Positions 47,663 to 57,564 of a DNA stretch of 64,000 bases are shown piece by piece. Position numbers and translations under genes: made by a program. The notes under the pieces are model-generated. The model ran no database searches. It was not told where the DNA came from and saw nothing but the letters and a program-made list of their open reading frames with translations. Numbering within the stretch: position 1 is the stretch's first letter; each line of letters starts with the position of its first letter. The DNA comes from an uncultured virus (IMG/VR IMGVR_UViG_3300046170_000409) (lineage: Duplodnaviria > Heunggongvirae > Uroviricota > Caudoviricetes). Location: IMG/VR virus record IMGVR_UViG_3300046170_000409. One strand, 5' to 3'.

Positions 47663-48121
47663 CTAATGTACTGTGTTCGCTGTCCAGTTATCACTAAACA
47701 ATTTATTAGTTTCTTCTTTCTCAACTTCTCTATCAATTTCTCTTTCAATCTCTTGTGACATTTCTTCGTCTGTCATAAAGTCATTTTCTTTAGATAAATT
47801 ACTCAACCTCTCTAATTTATCTCCGTCGCCTTGTAAATATGCAACTGTTTTATCATAATACAATTCTGTTTCTTCGTCAACACTTAATGTTGTTATGATG
47901 TGTTCTTTTTTGATATCAATTACAGTATCACCCTCACGTGCAAATGGAACCCAAACTGTAGAAGATAATGCTATACCTCTTCCTGCTGTGTTCACTACAA
48001 GTGCAACAGGATTTGCCACTGTAGCAACAGTTTCATCACTGCCAACATATTCTGCAAGTACTGTGTCACCACTGACAAGTTTATACAGAAGCACTTCTAT
48101 TGATGGATCTTTATAATTCAT
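47663..48121 (-). CDS. Conserved hypothetical protein between uvsW and 55
   Basis: KLVSGDTVLA...NP...WVPF pattern; synteny. Confidence 0.7.
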   Translation of the reverse strand: MNYKDPSIEVLLYKLVSGDTVLAEYVGSDETVATVANPVALVVNTAGRGIALSSTVWVPFAREGDTVIDIKKEHIITTLSVDEETELYYDKTVAYLQGDGDKLERLSNLSKENDFMTDEEMSQEIEREIDREVEKEETNKLFSDNWTANTVH

Positions 48122-49574
48122 TTTTTATTTTTATGTTATACATTTTATATTCAAATTCTTCTTCGTTATATAATTTTACTCTTATCGCAAAATGTTTTAA
48201 AGTATGGTTATGATGCGAACGATAACTGAGATCGTCAGCAATATCATAAAGAGTCGCCATAGTTTTATTATCACCCTTTCTTAATCCTCTTCCTATTGAT
48301 TGTAAATTCCGTATACGAGATTTAGAAGGACTAGCAAAGATAATGTTATGCAAATTTCTAATATTAATACCAGTCGAAAAAGTTCCATAACTGGCAATGA
48401 TGATAATATCTTCTTTTTCAGCGATTGCCCTAACCTTTTCACGTTCTTCAGCATTTACTCCTCCATGTATAAAGAATACCTTTTTATCGGTTGATTTTAT
48501 AATTGTATTATACAACAATTGACCATGTTTGTCAACCATTTGATACAATAATAATGTCGTTCCTTTTCTGGATATTACAAGATTCTTTATAAAGTTATTA
48601 CGTTCTTCATTTCCAATTAGAAATTCTATTTCTTCTCTGTAAGTAGATTTCTTTTTCTCTTTACAAATTTTTTCTGGATACTTTAATAACAAACACTTAA
48701 TTCTAAAGTCAGATAAAGTTCCAGATTCTATAAGTTCTTTTGTCTGTATAACTTTCATCACTGGACCAAACAATCCTTCAAGTACAAGTTTATTTGTTTG
48801 TGTTCCGTCTAGTGTTCCAGTGAAACCAAATCTCCACTTACACTTATGTAGTTTAGTCATAATCTTGGTCAGAGAGGTTGCTTTAAATTGATGTGCCTCA
48901 TCTCCTACAACAACATCAAATTGTTCGAACCATTTCTTTGATTCTTTATATATTGATTGCCATGTACTAATAATTATTTTTGCTTCAGGACAATTTTTTG
49001 CTTGACCTTGCATGATGTTATGGATATAATAGGTCTGTCCTTCTTCAGAATAATCAGTTATATCTGATTGCATCTGATAAACGAGACTAGTTGTTGGGAC
49101 GATAATTAATGCTTTATTACAGATAGAAGAATCAAGGAGATATTTGATGATTGAATATATTATAAAAGATTTACCTGAAGCAGTGGGCGAAAGGATGAGT
49201 GCACGATGATTGCGGAGAGCATATGCTGTTGCTCTGAGTTGGTAGTCTCTGGGAATATATTTACCCTTCAAGACTTCTTGCAACTCATGGGTAGAGATGT
49301 CATTGATATGGTTCAATCCCCCATGTATCACACATTCATAGTCCCGATTTTCGCAGAAATGTTCGATGCGTCTCATCAATCCATTATAGATTGTGTAGTT
49401 AGATTTGTTGAACAATCTAATCTTGCCATCCCAAATGCGATTGCGATATGAGGGCATAAATTTTGCTCCAGGAACTGTAAAGGTAAAATAGTCCGAAAGT
49501 TCCTGAGCAATTCCTCGCTCACAATCTACTTTTACATAGACCTCATCTTTCGGAAATATTTCAATTTTATCCAT
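48111..49574 (-). CDS. uvsW: UvsW SF2 helicase
   Basis: WDGKIRLF, SPTASGKS, DEAH, QSIGRGLR. Confidence 0.96.
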   Translation of the reverse strand: MDKIEIFPKDEVYVKVDCERGIAQELSDYFTFTVPGAKFMPSYRNRIWDGKIRLFNKSNYTIYNGLMRRIEHFCENRDYECVIHGGLNHINDISTHELQEVLKGKYIPRDYQLRATAYALRNHRALILSPTASGKSFIIYSIIKYLLDSSICNKALIIVPTTSLVYQMQSDITDYSEEGQTYYIHNIMQGQAKNCPEAKIIISTWQSIYKESKKWFEQFDVVVGDEAHQFKATSLTKIMTKLHKCKWRFGFTGTLDGTQTNKLVLEGLFGPVMKVIQTKELIESGTLSDFRIKCLLLKYPEKICKEKKKSTYREEIEFLIGNEERNNFIKNLVISRKGTTLLLYQMVDKHGQLLYNTIIKSTDKKVFFIHGGVNAEEREKVRAIAEKEDIIIIASYGTFSTGINIRNLHNIIFASPSKSRIRNLQSIGRGLRKGDNKTMATLYDIADDLSYRSHHNHTLKHFAIRVKLYNEEEFEYKMYNIKIKNEL

Positions 49575-49998
49575 TAGTAAATTTTAACCAATCAATGGCA
49601 TTTTTAATTTGGAAACCACGATTGTTAATTGATTTGAGAATACCTTCAATGTAATCTACCTTTTCTTCCTGAACATTCATCTTTAATATTTTATCGACAT
49701 ATAAACCATCTGATTCAATATAAGTATCTATTTCGTTCTTCAGAAGTTTCTTATAAAATTGTTCACGACCAAGTGCTTGTAATTCATTTTCGTCCATTTC
49801 TCCAAGATAATATTCTGTTAATATTCTCTTATGTTTTTTAACTTCTGCACGCATACGAAATAGTTGAGTTCTTTCAACCATATAAATTTTCATAAACTTG
49901 TTGTGTATGACTGGAATCTTAGTTGATTCATCACCAAGTTCAGTCTCATCAATTTTGCAATCTTTATCCCATTGGGACATTATTTCTTCTATTTTCAT
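49567..49998 (-). CDS. uvsY: Recombination mediator UvsY
   Basis: WDKDCKID...RGFQIKNAIDW. Confidence 0.9.
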   Translation of the reverse strand: MKIEEIMSQWDKDCKIDETELGDESTKIPVIHNKFMKIYMVERTQLFRMRAEVKKHKRILTEYYLGEMDENELQALGREQFYKKLLKNEIDTYIESDGLYVDKILKMNVQEEKVDYIEGILKSINNRGFQIKNAIDWLKFTNG

Positions 49999-50049
49999 AA
50001 TTATAAATCCATAGTATATTAGTTTAGGTATTAGTAGAAGTATACTATA

Positions 50050-50583
50050 TTATGCGATGGTTGTCAACTGATATTTTCGATATGCAAAACTTACTGTTCC
50101 AAGTAAATATTCGACATCAGTTGCTTCAATTGTAAAATCAACAGAGGAAAGTGCCACTGGATACATGTCTGTAAACTTAACTTCTATGTTTGGTTTATAA
50201 CTTGCTGTGGTTATAATTAAAGATCCATCAGAGTAAGTGTCACCTTGTGGAAGATTATTATTTGTTGTATTTCTTAATGCTGCACTCTGATTAAAATTAT
50301 CTGGATAACCTAGTCCAATCATCCAATTATAGATTTCTTGAAAGTTTTGTAAATCTTCATCAACACGAAAATTAAGACTTAATAATCCAAATTGTAATTT
50401 GTCTCCAGGAACTGGTAATTTGATAAAAGTATTATCAACAGTATCAATCTGTCCCATTGAAAGATCTGGAATAGATGCAGTTGTACAGAAATAGTTGATG
50501 TGTGGTAATCTCTGTATTGAAAACTTAAATCCTATTGGAGATAAGAAATTTGTATTGTTTGGTTGAGATCCTTGTAATGCCAT
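50050..50583 (-). CDS. Tail tube terminator/completion protein (gp3-like)
   Basis: NFLSPIGFKF, FRVDEDLQN; position after 23; late promoter at 50607-50614. Confidence 0.8.
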   Translation of the reverse strand: MALQGSQPNNTNFLSPIGFKFSIQRLPHINYFCTTASIPDLSMGQIDTVDNTFIKLPVPGDKLQFGLLSLNFRVDEDLQNFQEIYNWMIGLGYPDNFNQSAALRNTTNNNLPQGDTYSDGSLIITTASYKPNIEVKFTDMYPVALSSVDFTIEATDVEYLLGTVSFAYRKYQLTTIA

Positions 50584-50754
50584 TTTGTGTCCTGTTTAGT
50601 ATTAACTATTTATAAGAGTTATTGGCATCTAAGTTTTTATTTGCTATTTCAGTAATTTCTTTATGTGATAAATCAGGTCTGAGAGATTTAACCCAATCGT
50701 ACATTTTCCAAAAATTACTTGTATATTCATTTGACATATAATTATATAGGCAAC

Positions 50755-50778
50755 AAAAAGGGAGACCGAAGTCTCCCT
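50755..50778 (-). terminator. Intrinsic terminator after 23
   Basis: AGGGAGAC-TTCG-GTCTCCCT followed by a T-run (UUCG tetraloop). Confidence 0.9.
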
Positions 50779-50802
50779 AATCGTTTGGTTGATAAAGATA
50801 AC

Positions 50803-52182
50803 TTACATTAAGTTAGTTACTTTAGCAAGTCTGTAGTAGATGTTACCATCACCAGAACCAAGTCTTGCTGCGATACCATTAGCATCGTTAGTAGCAAATG
50901 GGTTAGATACCATTCCGTATCTTGTTTTAAACCCAATTTTTGGTTGGAAAGTATTTTCCCCTACTGCACGTACCATTTGTAGAGGTACATATGGGCAATA
51001 GAACAGACCAGCATCAAAGGCATTAGAACCTTTGTAACCGATAGTGTAATAGTTATTAGTTGTATCTGAGAAGTACGGATCGATGTACACTCTTATACGA
51101 CCATTTAATACACCAGCGAATGTGTTACCTGTATCATCAACATTTAAGTTGTTGTTCAGTGCTGGAGCGTAATCCAATACACCTGCCATTTGTAGAGCAG
51201 AAGCAACATCTGAAGATGTTATCATGATGTTACCTTTCCCTCTACGAGTTGCTTTAGCAAGTTCGTTTGCATCACGTTCGATTTGGAACATTAAACCTTT
51301 GAACTTCTCAACAGACCAACGTCCATTTGAATCAGTGTCAAGGTCAAAAGTACCAGCAGTTGTAACGTTCTTCTGAGCACCTGCAACAGCAGAATAGTTA
51401 ATAGTTCTAACTACTTCTCTGTTGATTTCAGCAAGAATTTCAGCAGAAAGAATATTTGATAATTCTTGTTCTGCATCTAGACCATGCACTGCTTTAAGAT
51501 CTTGTGCAAGTTCCATTGTGTATTCTGCTTTAAGAGCACGAGAAACTGCAGTTACTGCTACTTTCTCAATGCTAAATGCCATTTCATTAAAAGCATTTGT
51601 GCTTGAATCACCTAGTTTTTCTGCATCAGCAGTAGACATACCTGTCTCTACTGTATAACCAGAACCAGAAGCACGATCGTTAGGATCTGTTCCTGTTTGT
51701 CCTGTACCTGCAGATGCGTTTGCTGCTTGTATAGAGTTTGTGTTACCCGAAGCACTAGCAGAGAAAGAACCATCTGCTTCATTGAAGAGTGCTTCTGTTC
51801 CTGTTTGTGATGAATAACGTGAACGCATAGCAAAGATAAGTCCTGTTGGACCTGTCATTGGTTGTACGCCAGCAATATCGTAAGCGATTAAGTTAGGCAT
51901 AGATCTACGAACTAGTGAAATTAACACTGGGTCGAATATATCTACACTTCCGTCTGATGCAGTAGATGACGATGCACCCATTGCATTACTTGGTGCTGCT
52001 TCACCTAATAGTGATACACCATGTGAACCACCTTGATGGGATGCTTGTTCCCTTGCAGCATTTTGTTGGTTTTCCAACAATTGAGCAGTTACAGAACGCT
52101 TATGAGAATCTTCGATTTTCGGAAGGTCTGTGTGCTCAATGACTGGTTGCCACTTTTTAATCAGAGCATCATGAGTTGCCAT
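50803..52182 (-). CDS. 23: Major capsid protein (gp23)
   Basis: VQPMTGPTGLIFAMR, SRALKAEYTMELAQDLKAVHGLDAE, YCPYVPL; late promoter at 52221-52228. Confidence 0.98.
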   Translation of the reverse strand: MATHDALIKKWQPVIEHTDLPKIEDSHKRSVTAQLLENQQNAAREQASHQGGSHGVSLLGEAAPSNAMGASSSTASDGSVDIFDPVLISLVRRSMPNLIAYDIAGVQPMTGPTGLIFAMRSRYSSQTGTEALFNEADGSFSASASGNTNSIQAANASAGTGQTGTDPNDRASGSGYTVETGMSTADAEKLGDSSTNAFNEMAFSIEKVAVTAVSRALKAEYTMELAQDLKAVHGLDAEQELSNILSAEILAEINREVVRTINYSAVAGAQKNVTTAGTFDLDTDSNGRWSVEKFKGLMFQIERDANELAKATRRGKGNIMITSSDVASALQMAGVLDYAPALNNNLNVDDTGNTFAGVLNGRIRVYIDPYFSDTTNNYYTIGYKGSNAFDAGLFYCPYVPLQMVRAVGENTFQPKIGFKTRYGMVSNPFATNDANGIAARLGSGDGNIYYRLAKVTNLM

Positions 52183-52233
52183 TTTTGTTGTCTCCTTTGG
52201 TTTCTCTTTTTACTTGTTTATATTTATAAATGT

Positions 52234-53355
52234 TTACTTCTTAACCGATCTTGTGATTGCATCCATGTATGCACTCATTTCTGGTGATGGTTTCTCCTCT
52301 TGTGAATCAGAAGATTCTAATTCAAGTGGTTCTTCATCAGTAGAAGCATCCTCTGTAATTTCTTCTTTAGGGAAGTAATTACTTTTCAGTGTTTCCAACT
52401 TCTTCATATAGTCTTCATCAGAATCAAACTCAACTCCTTCGGAGAGTGATTTCATCTTTTCGACTTGTGAGTCAGTCAGACCTTCACACACAATTCCCAA
52501 AGCAATTGTTTTCTTCGCAGAAACCAATTCCTTACGAACTGAAATGTTCTTTTCTACTTCTTCGTTTACAGAAGATTCAAGTTCGCTAACTTTAGTTGCA
52601 AGTTCGTCAACTAGGTCAGTTTTCTCTTCTGGAACGTCGATGTAGTTCTCTGTAAAGAGATCTTTGAGTCCTTTCATGAAGTTCTCAACAATCTCAGCAC
52701 GAATACCCTGCTCAACAGCGAGTTCGTTATCTTTCATCCACTCTTCAACGACATACTCTAAGTAGTCATCAAGTTTGTTTGAAAGTCCTTCAACAATTTC
52801 TCCCTTTTCTGCTTCAAGTTCTGCTTCCATGTCAATAGAAACTGTTTCCAGAATCTCATTAACTTTAGAAACGACTGCTGCTTCAAAGATAGTAGTTGCT
52901 TTGGTTACAAATTCTTCAGAAAGATCTTCGCTACCGAAGATTGCTTTCATATCTTCAGAGACTTCTACATCATCAGATGTAATTTTTTTAATCTCTTTGA
53001 TTGAGGTTTTTTCAGCGTCTTCTTCAGTTTCCTCTTTCACACCTGACATGCCTTTATATGTTGCCATAAGTTTGGACTTGTCCATACCTGCAAGCATATT
53101 TGACATTGCTGTGATAAGAGCAACCTTAGTTTTAGGCATAGATGAACCTTGTGCTGGTGCACTTGATTTATCACCTTGCTGTGCTTCACCTCCAGGTGCG
53201 GTTGCCTTTTTTGCTTCTGGATCAGGTACTTCAGCGTCTACACCAAATGATGCTTTTTTTGCTTCATCGATGCTTTCTTCAGTTTGATTTTCATCTACTG
53301 AAGTAATTTTCTGCTCTTCGTCCTGTTCCATCATTTCCTTTTCTTTATCGGACAT
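52234..53355 (-). CDS. 22: Prohead core scaffold protein (gp22)
   Basis: Acidic coiled coil, LSEEF...IFEAAV, YLEYVVEEW; late promoter at 53394-53401. Confidence 0.93.
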   Translation of the reverse strand: MSDKEKEMMEQDEEQKITSVDENQTEESIDEAKKASFGVDAEVPDPEAKKATAPGGEAQQGDKSSAPAQGSSMPKTKVALITAMSNMLAGMDKSKLMATYKGMSGVKEETEEDAEKTSIKEIKKITSDDVEVSEDMKAIFGSEDLSEEFVTKATTIFEAAVVSKVNEILETVSIDMEAELEAEKGEIVEGLSNKLDDYLEYVVEEWMKDNELAVEQGIRAEIVENFMKGLKDLFTENYIDVPEEKTDLVDELATKVSELESSVNEEVEKNISVRKELVSAKKTIALGIVCEGLTDSQVEKMKSLSEGVEFDSDEDYMKKLETLKSNYFPKEEITEDASTDEEPLELESSDSQEEKPSPEMSAYMDAITRSVKK

Positions 53356-53405
53356 GTTGGATATCTCCTTGTAAGTTTATCATTTACTTAGTATATTTAT
53401 AATTT

Positions 53406-54062
53406 TCAAAGTTTCGTTATAAAATCTTTAAAAACTTTCAGTTTTTGTTCCTCAAGTTCGGAACGAGAGGCAGTCTTAATTTGCTTTTCGTAATCAGAGA
53501 CTGTTGCTTCTCTTATGACACCATTTTCCCAAACCCACTCCTTTCCTTCCATAATGCCTTGTACAAATGCATCTGGAGCAGAAGGATCTGCAACGATGTC
53601 TGCTGCAGTAGCAAGGTAGAAATCTTTTTGGACTTCTGCAACCCCTTGCCTGTTTTGCTTTAAAGATCCCATACCACGAGAAGAAACACCAAGTGATGCA
53701 CCCTCATTCATAAGACCTTTTACGATAGCACCCATAGGAGTTTCAGTCATAATTTTTGCTTTACCAATAAAATTAGCACCATCTCTTTCTAATTTAGTAA
53801 TCATATGAGAGACACGTTCTAAGTTAATAGTTGGTCCAGCAGGATGTCCGAGTTCGCCATAGGCACGATTCTTTTCTACATATTCTTTGTTGTATCTTTT
53901 TACTTCTTTATCTAAAACTTCTGCAGGATATACACGACCATTTCTGTTCTTAATATTTCCTTGCATGAAGACACCTTCGATGAAATAGTTTTTAGCACCA
54001 TTTTCGTCCTTCACTTCAGTAATATATTCTACGTTTTCTGTAACTTCTGTTATAAGTTTCAT
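53406..54062 (-). CDS. 21: Prohead protease (gp21)
   Basis: NRNGRVYP, GELGHP, GVSSRGMGS, DIVADPSAP. Confidence 0.96.
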   Translation of the reverse strand: MKLITEVTENVEYITEVKDENGAKNYFIEGVFMQGNIKNRNGRVYPAEVLDKEVKRYNKEYVEKNRAYGELGHPAGPTINLERVSHMITKLERDGANFIGKAKIMTETPMGAIVKGLMNEGASLGVSSRGMGSLKQNRQGVAEVQKDFYLATAADIVADPSAPDAFVQGIMEGKEWVWENGVIREATVSDYEKQIKTASRSELEEQKLKVFKDFITKL

Positions 54063-54403
54063 GATTGTTTTCCTAATTTTAACATGATAGTTCCTGTACC
54101 ACCAGTCTTAGTGAACACTACATTTGCTTGTTCATCGCCACCACTAGCAACCGAAAATCCAGATCCTTGATAATCATGATTACCAGATCCAGTTAAAACA
54201 GCAATTGTATTACCACCACGACTTACTGTCCATGTATTTCCTGAACTTACTGACCAAAATATCTCACGAATTGATAGGTCTGTTATAGTTCCATCACCAT
54301 TTGTATTAGCAGGAAATGTACCACCATTAACGTTTAAATATCCTGAAACATCTGATACCAAATGTATTTCAGAACGATTGTTTCTTGTAATTCTTTGTGC
54401 CAT
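54059..54403 (-). CDS. Virion-region hypothetical protein
   Basis: Beta-rich 114-aa ORF coupled to 21. Confidence 0.7.
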   Translation of the reverse strand: MAQRITRNNRSEIHLVSDVSGYLNVNGGTFPANTNGDGTITDLSIREIFWSVSSGNTWTVSRGGNTIAVLTGSGNHDYQGSGFSVASGGDEQANVVFTKTGGTGTIMLKLGKQS

Positions 54404-55143
54404 TAACGTTTACCTCCAAAAGCAACGTCCATAAGTTTCATTAAACCTTCAGGCGATTTTTCTAACATATCTTCTGCTTTCTTTTGATTAGCAGGTTTTA
54501 ATTTTTTCATCATACCAACAATCGCATTTGCAGTTGTCATATCAACTTTTACGTTTTTACCATTACCGAATCTAACATTCGATGCCTGTTTTTTCTTGAC
54601 AATATTTTCTAATGCCTTTAAAACTTTTCCTTCATCTAAAGAAACTTCTTCTTTTACTTGACTGTCAACTTTTTTTTTACTTGCGTGTAAATGCTTTTCA
54701 GACTTTACAACTTTCATTTCATCAACAGGAACTTTTGTTTCTAGTCCATGTTTGAACATAACGTCATACCATTCGATGTTTCCTTCTGAATCTGGTTCTG
54801 CATGCTCTTCAGAGATACAATTTCCTTCACCCCATTTTTCATGTACAACATTTTTTGCACATAAGTGTTGACGATTAGCAGGATTGTCTTCTTTATCTTC
54901 AAGACCCTCTTCTAATTCTTTTTCTTCTTTCATTGGAGTACCATTGAAAACATGGTCTTGTCCAGGATATGGAGCGTAATCTACTTTTTCTACTTTATGC
55001 ATGTTAGCAAACTCTTGTTCACCTTTTGAACGAGGTTGCAGTTCTTTTACTTCTTTGTCATCGTCTTTTGGTGCAACGAAATCATCTGCAGGTTGCCCAC
55101 TTTCAATAACAAAGTTTTTAAAATTTTTAATCTTCTTTGACAT
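54403..55143 (-). CDS. Putative prohead core/internal protein
   Basis: Likely start MSKKIKNFKNFVIE (GGGAG RBS); repeated LEE/KEE/LDE sites; lies between 20 and 21. Confidence 0.65.
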   Translation of the reverse strand: MSKKIKNFKNFVIESGQPADDFVAPKDDDKEVKELQPRSKGEQEFANMHKVEKVDYAPYPGQDHVFNGTPMKEEKELEEGLEDKEDNPANRQHLCAKNVVHEKWGEGNCISEEHAEPDSEGNIEWYDVMFKHGLETKVPVDEMKVVKSEKHLHASKKKVDSQVKEEVSLDEGKVLKALENIVKKKQASNVRFGNGKNVKVDMTTANAIVGMMKKLKPANQKKAEDMLEKSPEGLMKLMDVAFGGKR

Positions 55144-55360
55144 TGGTCTCCCCATCGGGTTCATTAACTGATTCTTCTGCTTCACTATCATTATTCATGT
55201 CATGCATAAACTTAGAAGAGACTTGCATCTTTTTAAGTTCAACTGCATCTCTAACTCTGTTCATTAGTAAATCTTTAACTTGGTCGTTAAAGGATTTCGC
55301 ATCACCTGCAATTGCACTAGTTACTGCTGATTGTGATGTTACTATTTTTTCTTCACTCAT
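55127..55360 (-). CDS. Small prohead core protein (gp67-like position)
   Basis: Follows the portal gene; late promoter at 55382-55389. Confidence 0.65.
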   Translation of the reverse strand: MSEEKIVTSQSAVTSAIAGDAKSFNDQVKDLLMNRVRDAVELKKMQVSSKFMHDMNNDSEAEESVNEPDGETNVKED

Positions 55361-55400
55361 AATTTATCTCCTTATTGTCAGTATTTATAAAGAATTAGAA

Positions 55401-56891
55401 CTAGACTTCCTCATCTTCTTCATTTCCTTCACCCTCGTCAGTAATTTGATTGTCGATTTCTTCAATATCATCCTCAGACTGCATAAGAACGTTCTTACGA
55501 ACCCATGATTCAGAGTAGTATTTACCAACAAATTCATCTAAATCTCTAAGAGTGTTAATTCTTTCACGCATAATTTCAGCGTTTTTCATTTCAGTGAAAT
55601 GGTTGTCTGATAGGTAATCATAGTAAATTTCATTCTTAATTTGAGACCATTCAGTCTTTGTAATAATACCTTTTAACAACAATTGTCTTTCTAATAATAC
55701 GTGTAAGAATTCAGAAAAGCGAAAACGTAATCTTGTTATAAACTTAGAAAACTTAATTTCATCACGAGTTATTTCAGAAGTACGTCCAATGTTAAATTGA
55801 TTTTCTGTTTCTAATCTTGACACTGGAACATTTAAAGACTCATATAGTTTTCTTCTAAAGTATAATACATCTTCAATCTCTCCTAGATTTTGACCTCCAG
55901 GAAGTGTAGAAATTTCTGTTGCTTTACCATCGCCACGTCTTGGCAACCAGTAATCTTCAAGCATTGTTAAGAATTTTCTATCATCTCTTATTTCACCAGT
56001 GTTTGCATCATACACAAGTTTGTTCTTGTGCTTAATCATCATGTCACGTAAATATTGTTCTGCTTTTGCTTTTGGTAAGTTACCAACATCAATATAAAAA
56101 ATACGTCTTTCAGGTGCACGTGCTAAACGATAGATAACTGTAGCATCTTCGAGCATACGCAACTGATTCAAAGGTTTGATTGCTTTATGCAAATACGATA
56201 GCACCATTGAATTATTAGTATTTAATAATCCAGAATGTGTATATGCAATTGAATCTGGTGCAACCTTTATTCCTTGATTACCAACTGAAACACCTTTTGC
56301 TGAGTAAATATAATATTCATCATATTTCTTATCAACAATTTTATTGTCTGATGTTGCAGTACTATTAGTTTTTTTCTTAACACGAACTTTTTTAATTCTT
56401 CGTGGGTCAACATATCTTAATTCTTGTATGCCTTTGCGTGGACTCTTTTCATCAATCATTATATGATAATAAAGTCTACCATCGACATACCAATTTTTAA
56501 ATATGTCATATGCTTTATTATTAAAGTTTAATAGATTGAGAAGTTCATCGAATTCACTACGAATTTTATCTTTGATAGAATCTTCCATTCCTTCAAGATT
56601 GTCTAATACGATAGAGACTGGAGCATCTTGCTCCTGTCCAGAAATTGCTTCATTGATTACATCGTCAATTGCCTTTTCACACTCAGGTTGCTGAGACATT
56701 TCACGATATCTAGAAATTAATTGTGCTTCTGATTTTGCAGTACCATCGACATCTACTGTCGTGCCGAATACACCACCTTCAGTGACTGCAAGTGCACCAT
56801 CGTCATTTGGTGGGGGTGCGAATGATTTTACGTTAGGTTTCTTTTCTTCTTCTTTCCTTCCGATTTGAAACCCAAAAAGTTCGATTGCCAT
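55401..56891 (-). CDS. 20: Portal protein (gp20)
   Basis: WYVDGR, RAPERRIFYIDVGNLPK, EDYWLPRR, LPGGQNLG. Confidence 0.98.
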   Translation of the reverse strand: MAIELFGFQIGRKEEEKKPNVKSFAPPPNDDGALAVTEGGVFGTTVDVDGTAKSEAQLISRYREMSQQPECEKAIDDVINEAISGQEQDAPVSIVLDNLEGMEDSIKDKIRSEFDELLNLLNFNNKAYDIFKNWYVDGRLYYHIMIDEKSPRKGIQELRYVDPRRIKKVRVKKKTNSTATSDNKIVDKKYDEYYIYSAKGVSVGNQGIKVAPDSIAYTHSGLLNTNNSMVLSYLHKAIKPLNQLRMLEDATVIYRLARAPERRIFYIDVGNLPKAKAEQYLRDMMIKHKNKLVYDANTGEIRDDRKFLTMLEDYWLPRRGDGKATEISTLPGGQNLGEIEDVLYFRRKLYESLNVPVSRLETENQFNIGRTSEITRDEIKFSKFITRLRFRFSEFLHVLLERQLLLKGIITKTEWSQIKNEIYYDYLSDNHFTEMKNAEIMRERINTLRDLDEFVGKYYSESWVRKNVLMQSEDDIEEIDNQITDEGEGNEEDEEV

Positions 56892-56922
56892 ATCTGATTT
56901 TCCTCAATAATATAATTTTAAT

Positions 56923-56951
56923 TGGACAGCACTATTTATAAGTGCTGTCCA
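56923..56951 (-). promoter_or_regulatory. Late promoter TATAAATA embedded in an 11-bp inverted repeat
   Basis: TGGACAGCACT-atttata-AGTGCTGTCCA. Confidence 0.75.
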
Positions 56952-56978
56952 TATCGTTCACTCTATAACTTTTGTGGA

Positions 56979-57530
56979 TTAAACTCCACCAGCGTTTCCA
57001 GTGACACCACCAGAAACTTGCCAATAATCATAGGCAAAAGTTATTTGAAATTCCTCGATAGCATCACCATTCTCCCAACCCAAATCAATTGCTGCAACTG
57101 TTGTTGGGAAGATGCCTACAAAGTCATACACACGAAGTATTTCTCCAGTTTTTGAATACTGAGTTACTTGTGCGTTTGCTTTATAAAGCGAAGGTGCAGT
57201 TCCACCTGCGTTGTTGATGTTTCCTTGGAAGGAATTGATTGCGTTCGACCATTGCTCCATTGCATTTCTTATTGCAAAGTCCTCATCATTGATGATTGTT
57301 GGAGACCACTCAGCGAAAGTACGAGTTCCCGCAAGTTTGATATTTCTACCAAAGTAAGGAACGTCGACTGCAGAAACTGAAGATTCTGGAATCTGTGCTG
57401 CTTTGCACAGAAACGGAACTTGGGCATCTGCAACGCCATTAATCGGATTTGTGATCTGGACTTGGAAAAGTGAGGGTCTTGCCCCACCTGCTTTTAGAGC
57501 ACCAGCGAATTCATTTACGTTAAATGCCAT
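56979..57530 (-). CDS. 19: Tail tube protein (gp19)
   Basis: GGARPSLF, FLCKAAQIP, IEEFQITFAYDYW. Confidence 0.95.
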   Translation of the reverse strand: MAFNVNEFAGALKAGGARPSLFQVQITNPINGVADAQVPFLCKAAQIPESSVSAVDVPYFGRNIKLAGTRTFAEWSPTIINDEDFAIRNAMEQWSNAINSFQGNINNAGGTAPSLYKANAQVTQYSKTGEILRVYDFVGIFPTTVAAIDLGWENGDAIEEFQITFAYDYWQVSGGVTGNAGGV

Positions 57531-57564
57531 TTTTTCGTTCTCCTAGTATCATTTATACCTCTAT

